DNA of 64,000 nucleotides, from positions 27,184 through 91,183 of the forward strand of contig JAPLVC010000002.1 in assembly GCA_026397315.1 (NCBI GenBank). The letters run 5' to 3'. The stretch is from Candidatus Aenigmatarchaeota archaeon. Lineage in GTDB: Archaea > Aenigmatarchaeota > Aenigmatarchaeia > QMZP01 > QMZT01. Positions 29,209 to 38,115 of the stretch are shown in pieces. The notes below the pieces were generated by a model, which made no database searches, was not told the origin of the DNA, and saw nothing but the letters and a program-made list of their open reading frames with translations. A program made the translations under genes and the position numbers. Positions within the stretch are counted from its first letter, which is position 1; the number at the start of each line of letters is the position of its first letter.

Positions 29209-30252
29209 ATGAAAAAAATAAGTTTCGTTTTCGGCATATCCCTTGTTTTTGTTGTTTTTTTGTCAGGTTGCATCAACGTCAGCCCAGAAGCGCTAGCGAT
29301 GGCGAACCCTCTGGTGAAACAGTTCATGGAACAATATCCAAATGCGAAAATAACCGTGAACCATTTCACCAAGGACCAGAGCGCCCAGATACTTGAGAAC
29401 ATAAGCGCTGAATGCGGCAACCCATACATAACCGCGAAAGAGTTTTACAGGATAAGCATCGACGACCCGGACAGCGGGCTAAAAGCGTTAGCTTGGATTG
29501 ACTGGGAAACCAGGGGAATAGAATGTGCCGTGAAATATGGCGGCGGCCTGAACAAGACGATATCCAAGCCCGGCGAAGAAAACCAGGACTGCAAGTCTCA
29601 CGCTGAGATGAAATGCTACGGCGAGCATGTATATTGGTTCGATTCGTGTGGCCACAAGGAAGAGAAGAAAGAATACTGCACATCCGGTTGCGAGAACGGC
29701 TTCTGCAAAACCAAGGAAGGCTGCACTGAGCATGCTGAGGCGAAATGTGCCGACGGGCACGTGTACTGGTATGACAGCTGCAACGGCAAGGAAGACAAAA
29801 AAGAGTACTGCCAGAACGGCTGCGAGAACGGCGCATGCAAAGGCGGCACGGAAAAGACCTGCTTAAACGAAGGGGAAAGCAAACCCGTCATCGCGAACCC
29901 GCTGCCATGCTGCGAAGGCCTGACACTAATCCCTCCGAAGGCGGAAAACCTGGTAGGCATATACGGATACTGCACCGCGAAATGCGGCAACGGCATTTGC
30001 AATGAAATCGAGACCGCATACAACTGCCCGTCAGACTGCGGCAATATCAATTGCACAGACTCCGACGGCGGCAGGAACTATTCCGTGAAAGGGACGGCGA
30101 CAGTTGCCGGCCAGTCGCTCACGGACCATTGCAACGAAGACGGTTCGCTTACCGAGAAATACTGCGAGAACAACGAGATAAAAGCCGAGTCAGTCTCCTG
30201 CCCGACAGGCTTCAAGTGCGACGACGCGAAGTGCGTGGAAGAAACAGTATAA
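29209..30252 (+). CDS. Cys-rich secreted lipoprotein with repeated disulfide modules
   Basis: MKK signal plus LSGC lipobox; two C..HAE.KC...HVYW.DSC..KE.KKEYC..GCENG.CK repeats; CGNGIC and CTDSDGG modules. Confidence 0.85.
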   Translation: MKKISFVFGISLVFVVFLSGCINVSPEALAMANPLVKQFMEQYPNAKITVNHFTKDQSAQILENISAECGNPYITAKEFYRISIDDPDSGLKALAWIDWETRGIECAVKYGGGLNKTISKPGEENQDCKSHAEMKCYGEHVYWFDSCGHKEEKKEYCTSGCENGFCKTKEGCTEHAEAKCADGHVYWYDSCNGKEDKKEYCQNGCENGACKGGTEKTCLNEGESKPVIANPLPCCEGLTLIPPKAENLVGIYGYCTAKCGNGICNEIETAYNCPSDCGNINCTDSDGGRNYSVKGTATVAGQSLTDHCNEDGSLTEKYCENNEIKAESVSCPTGFKCDDAKCVEETV

Positions 30253-30262
30253 AAAAGAGAAA

Positions 30263-30346
30263 CGCTGAGAGCAAGACTCGAACTTGCGCGGGCTATTCAC
30301 CCACAGGGTTAGCAACCCTGCGCCTTGACCGCTCGGCCATCTCAGC
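30263..30346 (-). tRNA. tRNA-Ser(GCT), intronless
   Basis: GCTGAGA/TCTCAGC acceptor stem, CAGGG-TTGCTAA-CCCTG, long variable arm, G73. Confidence 0.95.
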
Positions 30347-30986
30347 AGATTAATATTTCGTCCGCACTTATTTCAGCGAACTTTTTTTGTTTTGCATTAT
30401 TATGTGGGTTTATCTCTTTAAAAAATCTTTCCATGTTCTTTCTGCCGGCCATGCGTATTTTCAGGTTGCTTTTTTCGAGCCAGAAATGAAAATCAAGGTC
30501 GCGCAGGATCTCCTTGAGCTGCATAAGGTGCGCGAGCGACGGGCTGGAGATTTCTAATATGGGATTCCTGTATTCCCCGGACGTGCGGCGTAGGTAGAGC
30601 GAGCCGCTCGAGTCGAACATACCCCTCACATACGCCTTCCAGTATTCGTGGTTGTTGAAAATCAGCTTCGGCATGCGGAGCGCGTGCGCCTTCCTGCCTA
30701 TAGGGAACTGGAGATACGTATGGAAAGTCTTCACCGCCCGCCCGCCGCACGCGCGGATGCAGATCACGTATCCGTCCTGATATTTCCTTTTGACGAGCTT
30801 TAGCTCCCTGCCGAAAATCTTTTCAAAGAGCGGTTTTACGTGGCTTCGATAATATTGCATTTCATCCTTCGTGCTCCTGATTTCCAGGATGTAGCTTCTA
30901 GCGGTTGCATAGATGCTGCCGTCGCCCGCGAATATGCCGCACGCCTCGCCCAGCGTGTCCTTGTTGAGCGAAAGTAATTCAAACAT
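30342..30986 (-). CDS. Free-standing two-motif LAGLIDADG endonuclease-like protein
   Basis: CGIFAGDGS and YVRGMFDSSGS motifs; no intein or intron context. Confidence 0.8.
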   Translation of the reverse strand: MFELLSLNKDTLGEACGIFAGDGSIYATARSYILEIRSTKDEMQYYRSHVKPLFEKIFGRELKLVKRKYQDGYVICIRACGGRAVKTFHTYLQFPIGRKAHALRMPKLIFNNHEYWKAYVRGMFDSSGSLYLRRTSGEYRNPILEISSPSLAHLMQLKEILRDLDFHFWLEKSNLKIRMAGRKNMERFFKEINPHNNAKQKKFAEISADEILIC

Positions 30987-31106
30987 AATTGTTATTTGCG
31001 GGTCATGGTTTAAATATCCGCGCCTTAAAGTCACAAACTTTATAAAGCCACCGGATGAATTAAATAACAGATAAATTTTTCAGAAAATCGATTGAGAGGT
31101 GGGTAT

Positions 31107-31409
31107 ATGGCAATAAAAGTTTCGAGCATTTCCGAGACGTACGGCAAGGACGTTTTCACGAACAGGGGTATGTTCTGCGGAAAAGTCGAGGATATCGAGT
31201 GCGACCTCAAGCGCTTCAAGGTTCGCTCACTGGTCGTGCGTGCTGCAAAGGAGTCTTACATATCCAAGATGCTCGGCAGCAAGAAGGGCGTTATCATCCC
31301 GTTCCCAATGGTAGAATCCATAGGCGACGTGATACTGATAAAGCACATCTCGCTTCCGGTCGCGGATGAAGAGCCCGCAAAAGAGGGCGCTGCGTCAGAA
31401 TCTGAATAA
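31107..31409 (+). CDS. PRC-barrel domain protein (possibly CdpB-like cell division factor)
   Basis: YGKDVFTNRG...GKVEDI, IIPFPMVESIGDVILIK; GAGGTG RBS. Confidence 0.85.
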   Translation: MAIKVSSISETYGKDVFTNRGMFCGKVEDIECDLKRFKVRSLVVRAAKESYISKMLGSKKGVIIPFPMVESIGDVILIKHISLPVADEEPAKEGAASESE

Positions 31410-31438
31410 ATCCCGATAAAAAAGAAAAATTTCGCAGT

Positions 31439-32464
31439 TTAGAATATAGGGATATCCTTGGACAGGACTTCTGTCCTCTTCTTCTTTATTAAAATCACGT
31501 CTTCAAGCCTTACGCCTCCGATACCTTTTATGTAAACGCCCGGCTCTATGGTCATTACAGTGTTTTCCGCGAGCGTCTCGCCCTGCGGCTCGTGGACGGA
31601 AAGTCCCAGCCCGTGGCCGAGGCCGTGCAATACCGTGTAGCTTTTTTTCGCGTAAAGTTTTTTCTGGAGATCTTCCAGCTCGCTGTAAGTCACGCCCGCG
31701 CGTGCGGCGTATATGAGTTCGTCGTGTATCTGCTTGACGTCTTCGTATATCTTCTTCTGGACTGGGCCGAGTCTCGTGAAAAACATGCGCGTTATGTCTG
31801 AGCAATAGCAGTCGACGATACATCCCGTGTCTATGAGGACCGGGGCTTTCGCTTTCGCGAGCGTCTCGCCTGGCTTGTGGTGGACGAACGCAGCCTGTTT
31901 GCCTGCGCAGACGATGGACTCAAACGACTCGCTAGCACCGCGCTTCCTGTATTCTATCTCTATCGCGTCCGCGATCTGCTTTTCGCTGTTGCCCCATAGA
32001 AAGCCGCCGACGTTTTGTAAGACGTCTCCCGTCAGCCTTATCGCCTCTTTAATCTGCGCTATTTCAAACTCGTCCTTCTGGATGCGCGGGATTTCCATTA
32101 TCTTGCCGGCGGGCTCCAGCCTGGCCTTCAGTTTTTTCTTCATGGCCCTGAAAAGCAGGAGGCTTAGCGTCCGCTCGTCGTAGCCCATGCGCTTGAATCC
32201 GCCGAGCTGGCGGATGAAGTCGTCCTTGTCCCGGATGTATGTTATGTCAGGATATTTTGAGGCGGCATCGTTCTCAAGCGGCGAAACGAAAAGCTTCGGC
32301 CTGCCGCTGTCCTGGAAAAGCATGAAGATCCTGTCGTCCTTCAGGCCGGCATACCCAGTGTAATAGAACACGTCGTGCGGGTCGGAGGTTATTACCGCGT
32401 TCAGGCCGCTTTTCTGGACTAACGCTTTCAGTCGCCTTTGCCTCGCCGCGAAGTCTGGCTTCAT
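31439..32464 (-). CDS. Xaa-Pro peptidase (M24 family)
   Basis: IDTG, YCSDITR, HGLGHGLGLSVHE, TIEPGVY, VRLED. Confidence 0.92.
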   Translation of the reverse strand: MKPDFAARQRRLKALVQKSGLNAVITSDPHDVFYYTGYAGLKDDRIFMLFQDSGRPKLFVSPLENDAASKYPDITYIRDKDDFIRQLGGFKRMGYDERTLSLLLFRAMKKKLKARLEPAGKIMEIPRIQKDEFEIAQIKEAIRLTGDVLQNVGGFLWGNSEKQIADAIEIEYRKRGASESFESIVCAGKQAAFVHHKPGETLAKAKAPVLIDTGCIVDCYCSDITRMFFTRLGPVQKKIYEDVKQIHDELIYAARAGVTYSELEDLQKKLYAKKSYTVLHGLGHGLGLSVHEPQGETLAENTVMTIEPGVYIKGIGGVRLEDVILIKKKRTEVLSKDIPIF

Positions 32465-32562
32465 ATAATATTCTTGGTCCAAGCCCACTAAAAAAGCATA
32501 GCGGATGCATAAAGCTTAAATTACATTAATTGAAGATATTATAATCCTTAACGTGGTGCCTC

Positions 32563-33387
32563 ATGAATTACAGCGTTCCTGATATGAAAAAGCTCGCTAC
32601 CGAGATAAGAAAGGACATAATCAGGATGACGTGCGAAGCCGGTAGCGGACACCCTGGCGGCTCTCTTTCTTCCGTGGAAATAATGGTTTCCCTTTACTTC
32701 AATGTCATGAAGCACGACCCGAAAAACCAGGCTTGGGACGACCGTGACCGCTTCGTGCTTTCGAAAGGGCATGTCTGCCCTGTTCTTTACGCTTCTCTCG
32801 CCAGACGAGGATACTTCCCGCCGGAAGAGTTGATGACTCTCAGGAAGTTCGGCTCGCGGCTGCAAGGGCATCCGCACAGGCTCAAGCTTAGCTGCCTCGA
32901 GACTTCTTCAGGTTCGCTGGGCCAGGGCCTTTCCATCGCAAGCGGGATGGCAATCGGCCTGCGCATGGACAAGAAAAGCCCGCGCGTCTACTGCCTGATG
33001 GGCGACGGCGAGTTGCAGGAAGGCCAGGTGTGGGAAGCCGCGATGACCGGCGCTCACTACAAGCTGGACAACCTCTGCGGCATCGTCGATGTCAATGGCC
33101 TGCAGATAGACGGCAGGACCAGCGACGTGAAGAACCTGGAGCCGCTCGCGGACAAGTGGAAGGCGTTCGGCTGGCATACTATCGAAGTGGATGGTCACAA
33201 CGTCGAGGCGCTTATCAGCGCGTTCCGCGAGGCTGAGCGGACGAAGGGAAAGCCCACGGTCATACTTGCAAAGACAGTCAAAGGCAAGGGCGTCTCCTTC
33301 ATGGAAAACAAAGCCGAATGGCACGGCAAGCCGCCCAGCAAAGAAGAAGCCGCGAAAGCACTGAAAGAACTTGGAGAGACATGCTGA
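32563..33387 (+). CDS. Transketolase N-terminal subunit
   Basis: GHPGGSLS, RDRFVLSKGH, GSLGQG, GDGELQEG. Confidence 0.95.
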   Translation: MNYSVPDMKKLATEIRKDIIRMTCEAGSGHPGGSLSSVEIMVSLYFNVMKHDPKNQAWDDRDRFVLSKGHVCPVLYASLARRGYFPPEELMTLRKFGSRLQGHPHRLKLSCLETSSGSLGQGLSIASGMAIGLRMDKKSPRVYCLMGDGELQEGQVWEAAMTGAHYKLDNLCGIVDVNGLQIDGRTSDVKNLEPLADKWKAFGWHTIEVDGHNVEALISAFREAERTKGKPTVILAKTVKGKGVSFMENKAEWHGKPPSKEEAAKALKELGETC

Positions 33388-33398
33388 AGTGATGTTTT

Positions 33399-34403
33399 AT
33401 GACAGAAAAAAAATCCGGATTGAACGAGACGCTGCACCTAGCTCCTAATATTTACGATAAGGTCGAGAAGATACCCACGAGGAACGGCTTCGGCCACGGA
33501 CTAGTCGAACTGGGCCACGCGAACAAGAACGTCGTCGCCCTTTGCGCCGACCTTTCCGATTCGACGCGCGCGCTCTGGTTTGCCGAGAAATTTCCCGACA
33601 GGTTCATAGAAGTCGGCATTTCGGAGCAGGACATGATGGGCATCGCTGCGGGTCTCGCCGCCGTAGGCAAAATACCATTCCTAAGCACATACGGCGTCTT
33701 TTCGACAGGACGCGCGTGGGACCAGATGAGGACGACGGTCGCATACGGCGATTTCAATGTAAAAATCGCGAGTGCGCACGGCGGCATCTCGGTAGGCGCG
33801 GACGGCGCGACGCACCAGTCTCTGGAGGAGATCGCTTTGTCCCGCGTGCTGCCCAACATGAAAGTCATAGTGCCCGCGGACTACTGGGAGTCGAAGAAGG
33901 CGACTATCGCTTCCGCCTCGATTCATGGCCCCATAGTCATACGCTTCGGCCGCGAAAAAGTGCCGGTCATAACTACGGAGAAGACGCCGTTCGTTTTCGG
34001 GAAAGCCGAAACGTTCAGGTTCGGGAACGACGTCACAGTCTTCGCGTGCGGCCCGATGGTTTACGAGGCGCTCATTGCCGCGAAGGAACTTGAAAAGAAA
34101 GGCATTGACGTGCGCGTGGTCAACATGCACACGGTCAAGCCGCTCGACGAGAAGGCGATAATAGACGCGGCGAAAGAGACGGGCGCGATAGTCACGGCCG
34201 AAGAGCACCAGGTCAACGCGGGCTTCGGCTCTGCAATCGCGGAAGTCGTGGTCGAGCACTATCCGGTGCCCATGAAACGCGTAGGTGTGATAGACCGCTT
34301 CGGCGAGTCGGGCGAGCCGGACCAGCTCATGGTGGAATTCAATCTCAAGAGCACGGACATAATAAAGGCGATAGAGGACGTGCTCAGCCGCAAGAAAAAA
34401 TAA
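33399..34403 (+). CDS. Transketolase C-terminal subunit
   Basis: ADL..ST, GISEQDM, DGATHQ, VTAEEH. Confidence 0.95.
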   Translation: MTEKKSGLNETLHLAPNIYDKVEKIPTRNGFGHGLVELGHANKNVVALCADLSDSTRALWFAEKFPDRFIEVGISEQDMMGIAAGLAAVGKIPFLSTYGVFSTGRAWDQMRTTVAYGDFNVKIASAHGGISVGADGATHQSLEEIALSRVLPNMKVIVPADYWESKKATIASASIHGPIVIRFGREKVPVITTEKTPFVFGKAETFRFGNDVTVFACGPMVYEALIAAKELEKKGIDVRVVNMHTVKPLDEKAIIDAAKETGAIVTAEEHQVNAGFGSAIAEVVVEHYPVPMKRVGVIDRFGESGEPDQLMVEFNLKSTDIIKAIEDVLSRKKK

Positions 34404-34440
34404 TCTTTTCGTGGATGCAACATGATTAAAAGGGATTCTT

Positions 34441-35691
34441 ATGGGCACTAATGCGAGAATAGCTGAAAGGATGTCGAGGCTTGGAACCGAAACGGCGTTT
34501 TCCGTTTCTCTCGAAGCACGGGAGTTTGCGTGCAAGGGCAAAAAAATCTATCCTTTTCATCTCGGCGACATGAACATCAGGACACCCAAGAAGATTATTG
34601 ATGCGGCTAGGAAAGCTATGGAAGACGGCAAAACAGGCTACTGCCCCAGTGCAGGCATCCCAGAACTCAGGGAGGCGCTGGCCAAAGACATGAGCAGCTC
34701 GCGCGGCATAAAGCTCACGGCGAAAAACGTATCGATACAGATGGGCGGCAAGCCAGTAATAATGAAGTTCGTCATGGCTTTCATGAATCCGGGGGACGAG
34801 GTGCTGTACCCGAATCCCGGATACCCGATTTACGAGTCGCAGATCCGCTTCCACGGAGGTATAGTGAAACCTTACGGTTTCAAGATGATTGACAAGGGCT
34901 TCAGCTTGGACATGGAACAGCTCGAGACGCTTGTCACACCGAAGACCAAACTGTTCATATTCAACAACTATCACAACCCTATGGGCGCGGAATCCGACCC
35001 GTTGGAGATGAAGAGAATCGCCGATTTCTGCAAAAGGCACGACCTGCTCGTGCTGAGCGACGAGGCGTATTTCGACATCACATACGACGGCAAGCCCAAG
35101 AGCATAGTTTCCTACCCAGGCATGGCCGAGCGCACGCTGATACTTTACACGTTCTCCAAGAAGTTCGCCATGACGGGCTGGCGGCTTGGGGCGGCTGTAG
35201 GGCCGGAATGGATGATAGAGCAGATTAACCGCCTGAACGTGAATGACGAGTCGTGTTCGAACCACTTCATCCAGTGGGCCGCTGTCGAGGCGCTCAAAAA
35301 CACGCAGAAGGAAACGCAACAGATACTCGACACACTGAAAAAACGCAGGGACCTTGCGTGCAAGATGCTCAGCACCATAAAGGGCATCAGAGTTTTCAAG
35401 CCCAACTCGACTTTCTACATCTTCCCGGACGTGACCGAGGCGATGCGCAACCTGGGTTTCAACGACGTCGAAAAGTTCAGGAGGTTCATACTGGAGACGA
35501 CGGGCGTATCCTTCTGCACGCGACGCCATTTCGGGACGCCGCTGGATGACGAGAAGCACGAGTTCATCCGCCTCGCTTATTCCGGCATCGACCTGAAGGA
35601 CATCAGGGAAGGCCTGGCGAAGATGAAAAGCGCGATTGAGAACCCGGAAATTTCAAAAAGATGGGTTTCCGAAAAAAGCACAAAGCCTTGA
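34441..35691 (+). CDS. Class I/II PLP aminotransferase (aspartate aminotransferase-like)
   Basis: NNYHNPMG, SDEAY, TFSKKFAMTGWRLG. Confidence 0.9.
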   Translation: MGTNARIAERMSRLGTETAFSVSLEAREFACKGKKIYPFHLGDMNIRTPKKIIDAARKAMEDGKTGYCPSAGIPELREALAKDMSSSRGIKLTAKNVSIQMGGKPVIMKFVMAFMNPGDEVLYPNPGYPIYESQIRFHGGIVKPYGFKMIDKGFSLDMEQLETLVTPKTKLFIFNNYHNPMGAESDPLEMKRIADFCKRHDLLVLSDEAYFDITYDGKPKSIVSYPGMAERTLILYTFSKKFAMTGWRLGAAVGPEWMIEQINRLNVNDESCSNHFIQWAAVEALKNTQKETQQILDTLKKRRDLACKMLSTIKGIRVFKPNSTFYIFPDVTEAMRNLGFNDVEKFRRFILETTGVSFCTRRHFGTPLDDEKHEFIRLAYSGIDLKDIREGLAKMKSAIENPEISKRWVSEKSTKP

Positions 35692-35879
35692 ACTGGGCAT
35701 GAAAGCAATGGAGAACAACAAGATCCCTTAAATCCGATTTTTAATTCATGATCGAAGAATCAATTATTACCCCATTTTTTTTGTAAAATCTAAAATAAAT
35801 ACAAATAGATAGCGTAGATGTTTTACTTGGTCCATTTTTTTATAGGCGGTTATGCCAGTATCAACATTCCCAAGAAGTA

Positions 35880-36116
35880 ATGAAATTCGATATAAATAAA
35901 TATGGTGAAAATATCGTAAAGAAAAAATTCGAGATGGAAATAGAAATCCCTAACAATTCGGAAGCCGAGTTCAACCAGATAATGGAATGGGTCAGGGACA
36001 AGAGCCACAACGACAGGTGGAAGTTCGTGAAGAGAGCCTCGGCCAACAACGATTTCCTGATGTGGAAGCTGAAGAAGAAGATGGCTGCGATCAAACCCGG
36101 CTTGGCAAAAATCTGA
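35880..36116 (+). CDS. Small hypothetical protein
   Basis: 78 aa ORF with coding-like 3' half; start uncertain. Confidence 0.5.
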   Translation: MKFDINKYGENIVKKKFEMEIEIPNNSEAEFNQIMEWVRDKSHNDRWKFVKRASANNDFLMWKLKKKMAAIKPGLAKI

Positions 36117-36220
36117 ACCCGGCCCATGCTTTTTATTTTACTATTATCTCTAGCGTAGCCTTTTGACCAAAGCTTCGCCAATCATTTTAGCGTGCAAAAA
36201 AACCAATGGGGCCGCTGGGA

Positions 36221-36272
36221 TTCTCAAAGCCATTTTCCGCAAACGCTTTTGCGCGAGGCGGAAAAGGGTTTA
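36221..36272 (-). other. 52-nt T-loop intron (59/60) of tRNA-Pro
   Basis: BHB: TTCA/TGAG helix, two AAT bulges, CTGGG/CCCAG T-stem as flanking helix. Confidence 0.85.
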
Positions 36273-36310
36273 TTTGAACCCAGGTCGCCAGCACCCCAAG
36301 CTGGAATGAT

Positions 36311-36343
36311 CATGGCGTCAAGCTCAAAAGCTCGAGGATGACT
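36311..36343 (-). other. 33-nt D-loop intron of tRNA-Pro
   Basis: TGGT/GCCA helix, CTA and TGA bulges, GTCA/TGAC outer helix. Confidence 0.85.
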
Positions 36344-36484
36344 AGACCAAGCTACACTACGGCCCCACGGATTGTATCTTATTATAGGGCATGAATATAT
36401 TAATTATAGAGGCCGGGCAACCGGAAAAGAAAGAAGCCCCGCTGGAAAGCGGTAAAAAGTATTTAAGCGGTTCGTGGCAATACA

Positions 36485-36649
36485 ATGTCTCATATAAAAA
36501 TCGCACTTAAACCGAGTGATATGATGAAAAACCTGGACATGATAGATATCAGGAAAACGGAAAATACGGGCAGAATAATAAGGATGCCCGAAAGCACGAG
36601 AAAGAAAGTCAAGGCCTTCCTCAACGAGGGCCACCAGTTAAGCTTTTAA
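36485..36649 (+). CDS. Unannotated 54-aa hypothetical protein upstream of rpo10
   Basis: MSHIKIALKPSDMMKNLD...EGHQLSF*; TATTTAAG box about 25 nt upstream; alternative ATG at 36521. Confidence 0.45.
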   Translation: MSHIKIALKPSDMMKNLDMIDIRKTENTGRIIRMPESTRKKVKAFLNEGHQLSF

Positions 36650-36698
36650 AGCAATTACGCGATAAATAAAGACAAACCAGCGTTTAGGGGTTTTTGAT

Positions 36699-36893
36699 AT
36701 GATAATACCGATAAGATGCATGACTTGCGGCAAGCCAGTCGGGCACCTCTGGGAGAAATACCAGAAGGCCGTCGAGGGCGGCGCTTCGCCGAAGAGTGTT
36801 CTGGATTCGCTTGGGCTGGACAGATACTGCTGCCGCGCGCTTTTCATGACGCACGTGGACATGATTGACAAGATCGGCCAGTTCAAGAAGTAA
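36699..36893 (+). CDS. rpo10: DNA-directed RNA polymerase subunit Rpo10 (N)
   Basis: MIIPIRCMTCGK...RYCCR. Confidence 0.97.
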   Translation: MIIPIRCMTCGKPVGHLWEKYQKAVEGGASPKSVLDSLGLDRYCCRALFMTHVDMIDKIGQFKK

Positions 36894-36980
36894 AGCATAA
36901 AGCCTCCGGAATGTCATCGGCTTTTAATTTTATTTTCAGTTTAGCTTCAGGCTTATTGACAGGCCTGGCTCTGTTTGGGT

Positions 36981-37895
36981 TTACTGGCCATATGGCACGT
37001 AGTTGGACAGCATTATGTCGAACGTCAGAGTCTCGCTGGCCAGCGGATGGTTGAAGTCGAGCTTCATGTGCGTTTCGTTTAAGTCCACGACCTTGCCGCT
37101 GCCGTATACCGTCACGATGGTGCTGCCTCTTATCGGGTTTGTTGTCATGACCAGGCTATCACCCTCGAGGTTCACGGTGCCCTTGGCGTAAACGTTGCCC
37201 AAGGCGTCCTTCATGTCGAATGTCATGCCGTTCTGCGGCTCATGCACGATCTTTACAGTTCCGTTTACAATGCTCGTCACGCGCATATCCCACACCATGT
37301 CTTCGAGGCGATAAGTCTTTCCAACCACGGGTTCCTCGCCGAATGTCATGTTGAACACATCGGTTGATGTGCTTTCCGTCCTGTTCATCCTGTTGACCAG
37401 GGGGATGTCGAAAATCTTGCTCTCGTCGTAATAGCCGTACGCGTCCGCAGGCTTTATGACGACAGTCTTCTTATCGCCGACGCGCATGCCTATGACAGCT
37501 TCGTCAATGCCCTTTATCGCTTCACCAGCTCCGGTCTTGAACGTGAAATTGCCGGCGTCGTATATCGAGCCGTTTTCTATCTTAAGAGAATATAATATCT
37601 GCACTACATCGCCGCTTTTGACGGGCCCTGCGCCGATTCTGATGAAGCCGGGAAGGGAGAGCAGTATGACAGCTCCCAGAACAGCGACTACAGCGACGAT
37701 AGCGATGGCATACTTCATGGGAATGCCTTTCTCATTGTCCTTGACTATCTCGATTCTTTTCTTCTCCGTCAACTGGGCAGCCTTGTTTATCTTTTCGCTC
37801 TTGAGCGGTTCTAGCATTTTGTCCTTGAGCGACTCGTAATGCTTGTGCTCATCGTGAGCTTTTTCCTCATGTTTCCTGACAGACTTTTTTGCCAT
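36981..37895 (-). CDS. Membrane-anchored FKBP-type PPIase with long insert-in-flap domain
   Basis: GDVVQILY, IKGIDEAVIGM.VG, P.DAYG, LDFNHPLA; N-terminal TM helix. Confidence 0.88.
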   Translation of the reverse strand: MAKKSVRKHEEKAHDEHKHYESLKDKMLEPLKSEKINKAAQLTEKKRIEIVKDNEKGIPMKYAIAIVAVVAVLGAVILLSLPGFIRIGAGPVKSGDVVQILYSLKIENGSIYDAGNFTFKTGAGEAIKGIDEAVIGMRVGDKKTVVIKPADAYGYYDESKIFDIPLVNRMNRTESTSTDVFNMTFGEEPVVGKTYRLEDMVWDMRVTSIVNGTVKIVHEPQNGMTFDMKDALGNVYAKGTVNLEGDSLVMTTNPIRGSTIVTVYGSGKVVDLNETHMKLDFNHPLASETLTFDIMLSNYVPYGQ

Positions 37896-37918
37896 AATTT
37901 CACCCTCAACATTCTGAA

Positions 37919-38051
37919 TGCCGATGGAGGGAATTGAACCCTCGACCCCCGCGTTTCCCTCTCACTGGCGCGCATAGCATGTGTCGCGTGCCTCGAATCT
38001 CATAACTTAAAAGATATGAGCGCGGTGCTCTAACCACTGAGCCACATCGGC
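37919..38051 (-). tRNA. Elongator tRNA-Met(CAT) with 60-nt 37/38 intron (37955-38014)
   Basis: GCCGATG/CATCGGC acceptor stem, CCGCG/CGCGG anticodon stem, GGTTCAATTCC T arm; relaxed BHB. Confidence 0.9.
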
Positions 38052-38115
38052 ATTTTGAATAAATATAATTCTAATACTTTAATAAATAACTATTTTCACG
38101 GATAAGTGTTGTCAT

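Larger units (their letters stand above)
36207..36366 (-). tRNA. tRNA-Pro(GGG) with two non-canonical introns (D-loop and T-loop)
   Basis: GGGGCCG/CGGCCCC acceptor stem, CCAGC-TTGGGGT-GCTGG anticodon arm; removing both introns gives a normal cloverleaf. Confidence 0.93.

Noticed and set aside
30342-30986. LAGLIDADG ORF as part of an intein or group I intron
   Set aside because: No splicing blocks (N-terminal Cys, C-terminal HN) and no interrupted host gene.
36157-36181. AGCCTTTTGACCAAAGCTTCGCCAA and TTTGGCTAAAGCCTTTTGAAAA (22611-22632) as intergenic copies of the intron element
   Set aside because: Only a loose CTTTT/AAAG hairpin-plus-tail resemblance in AT-rich DNA; not distinguishable from chance without a genome-wide model.
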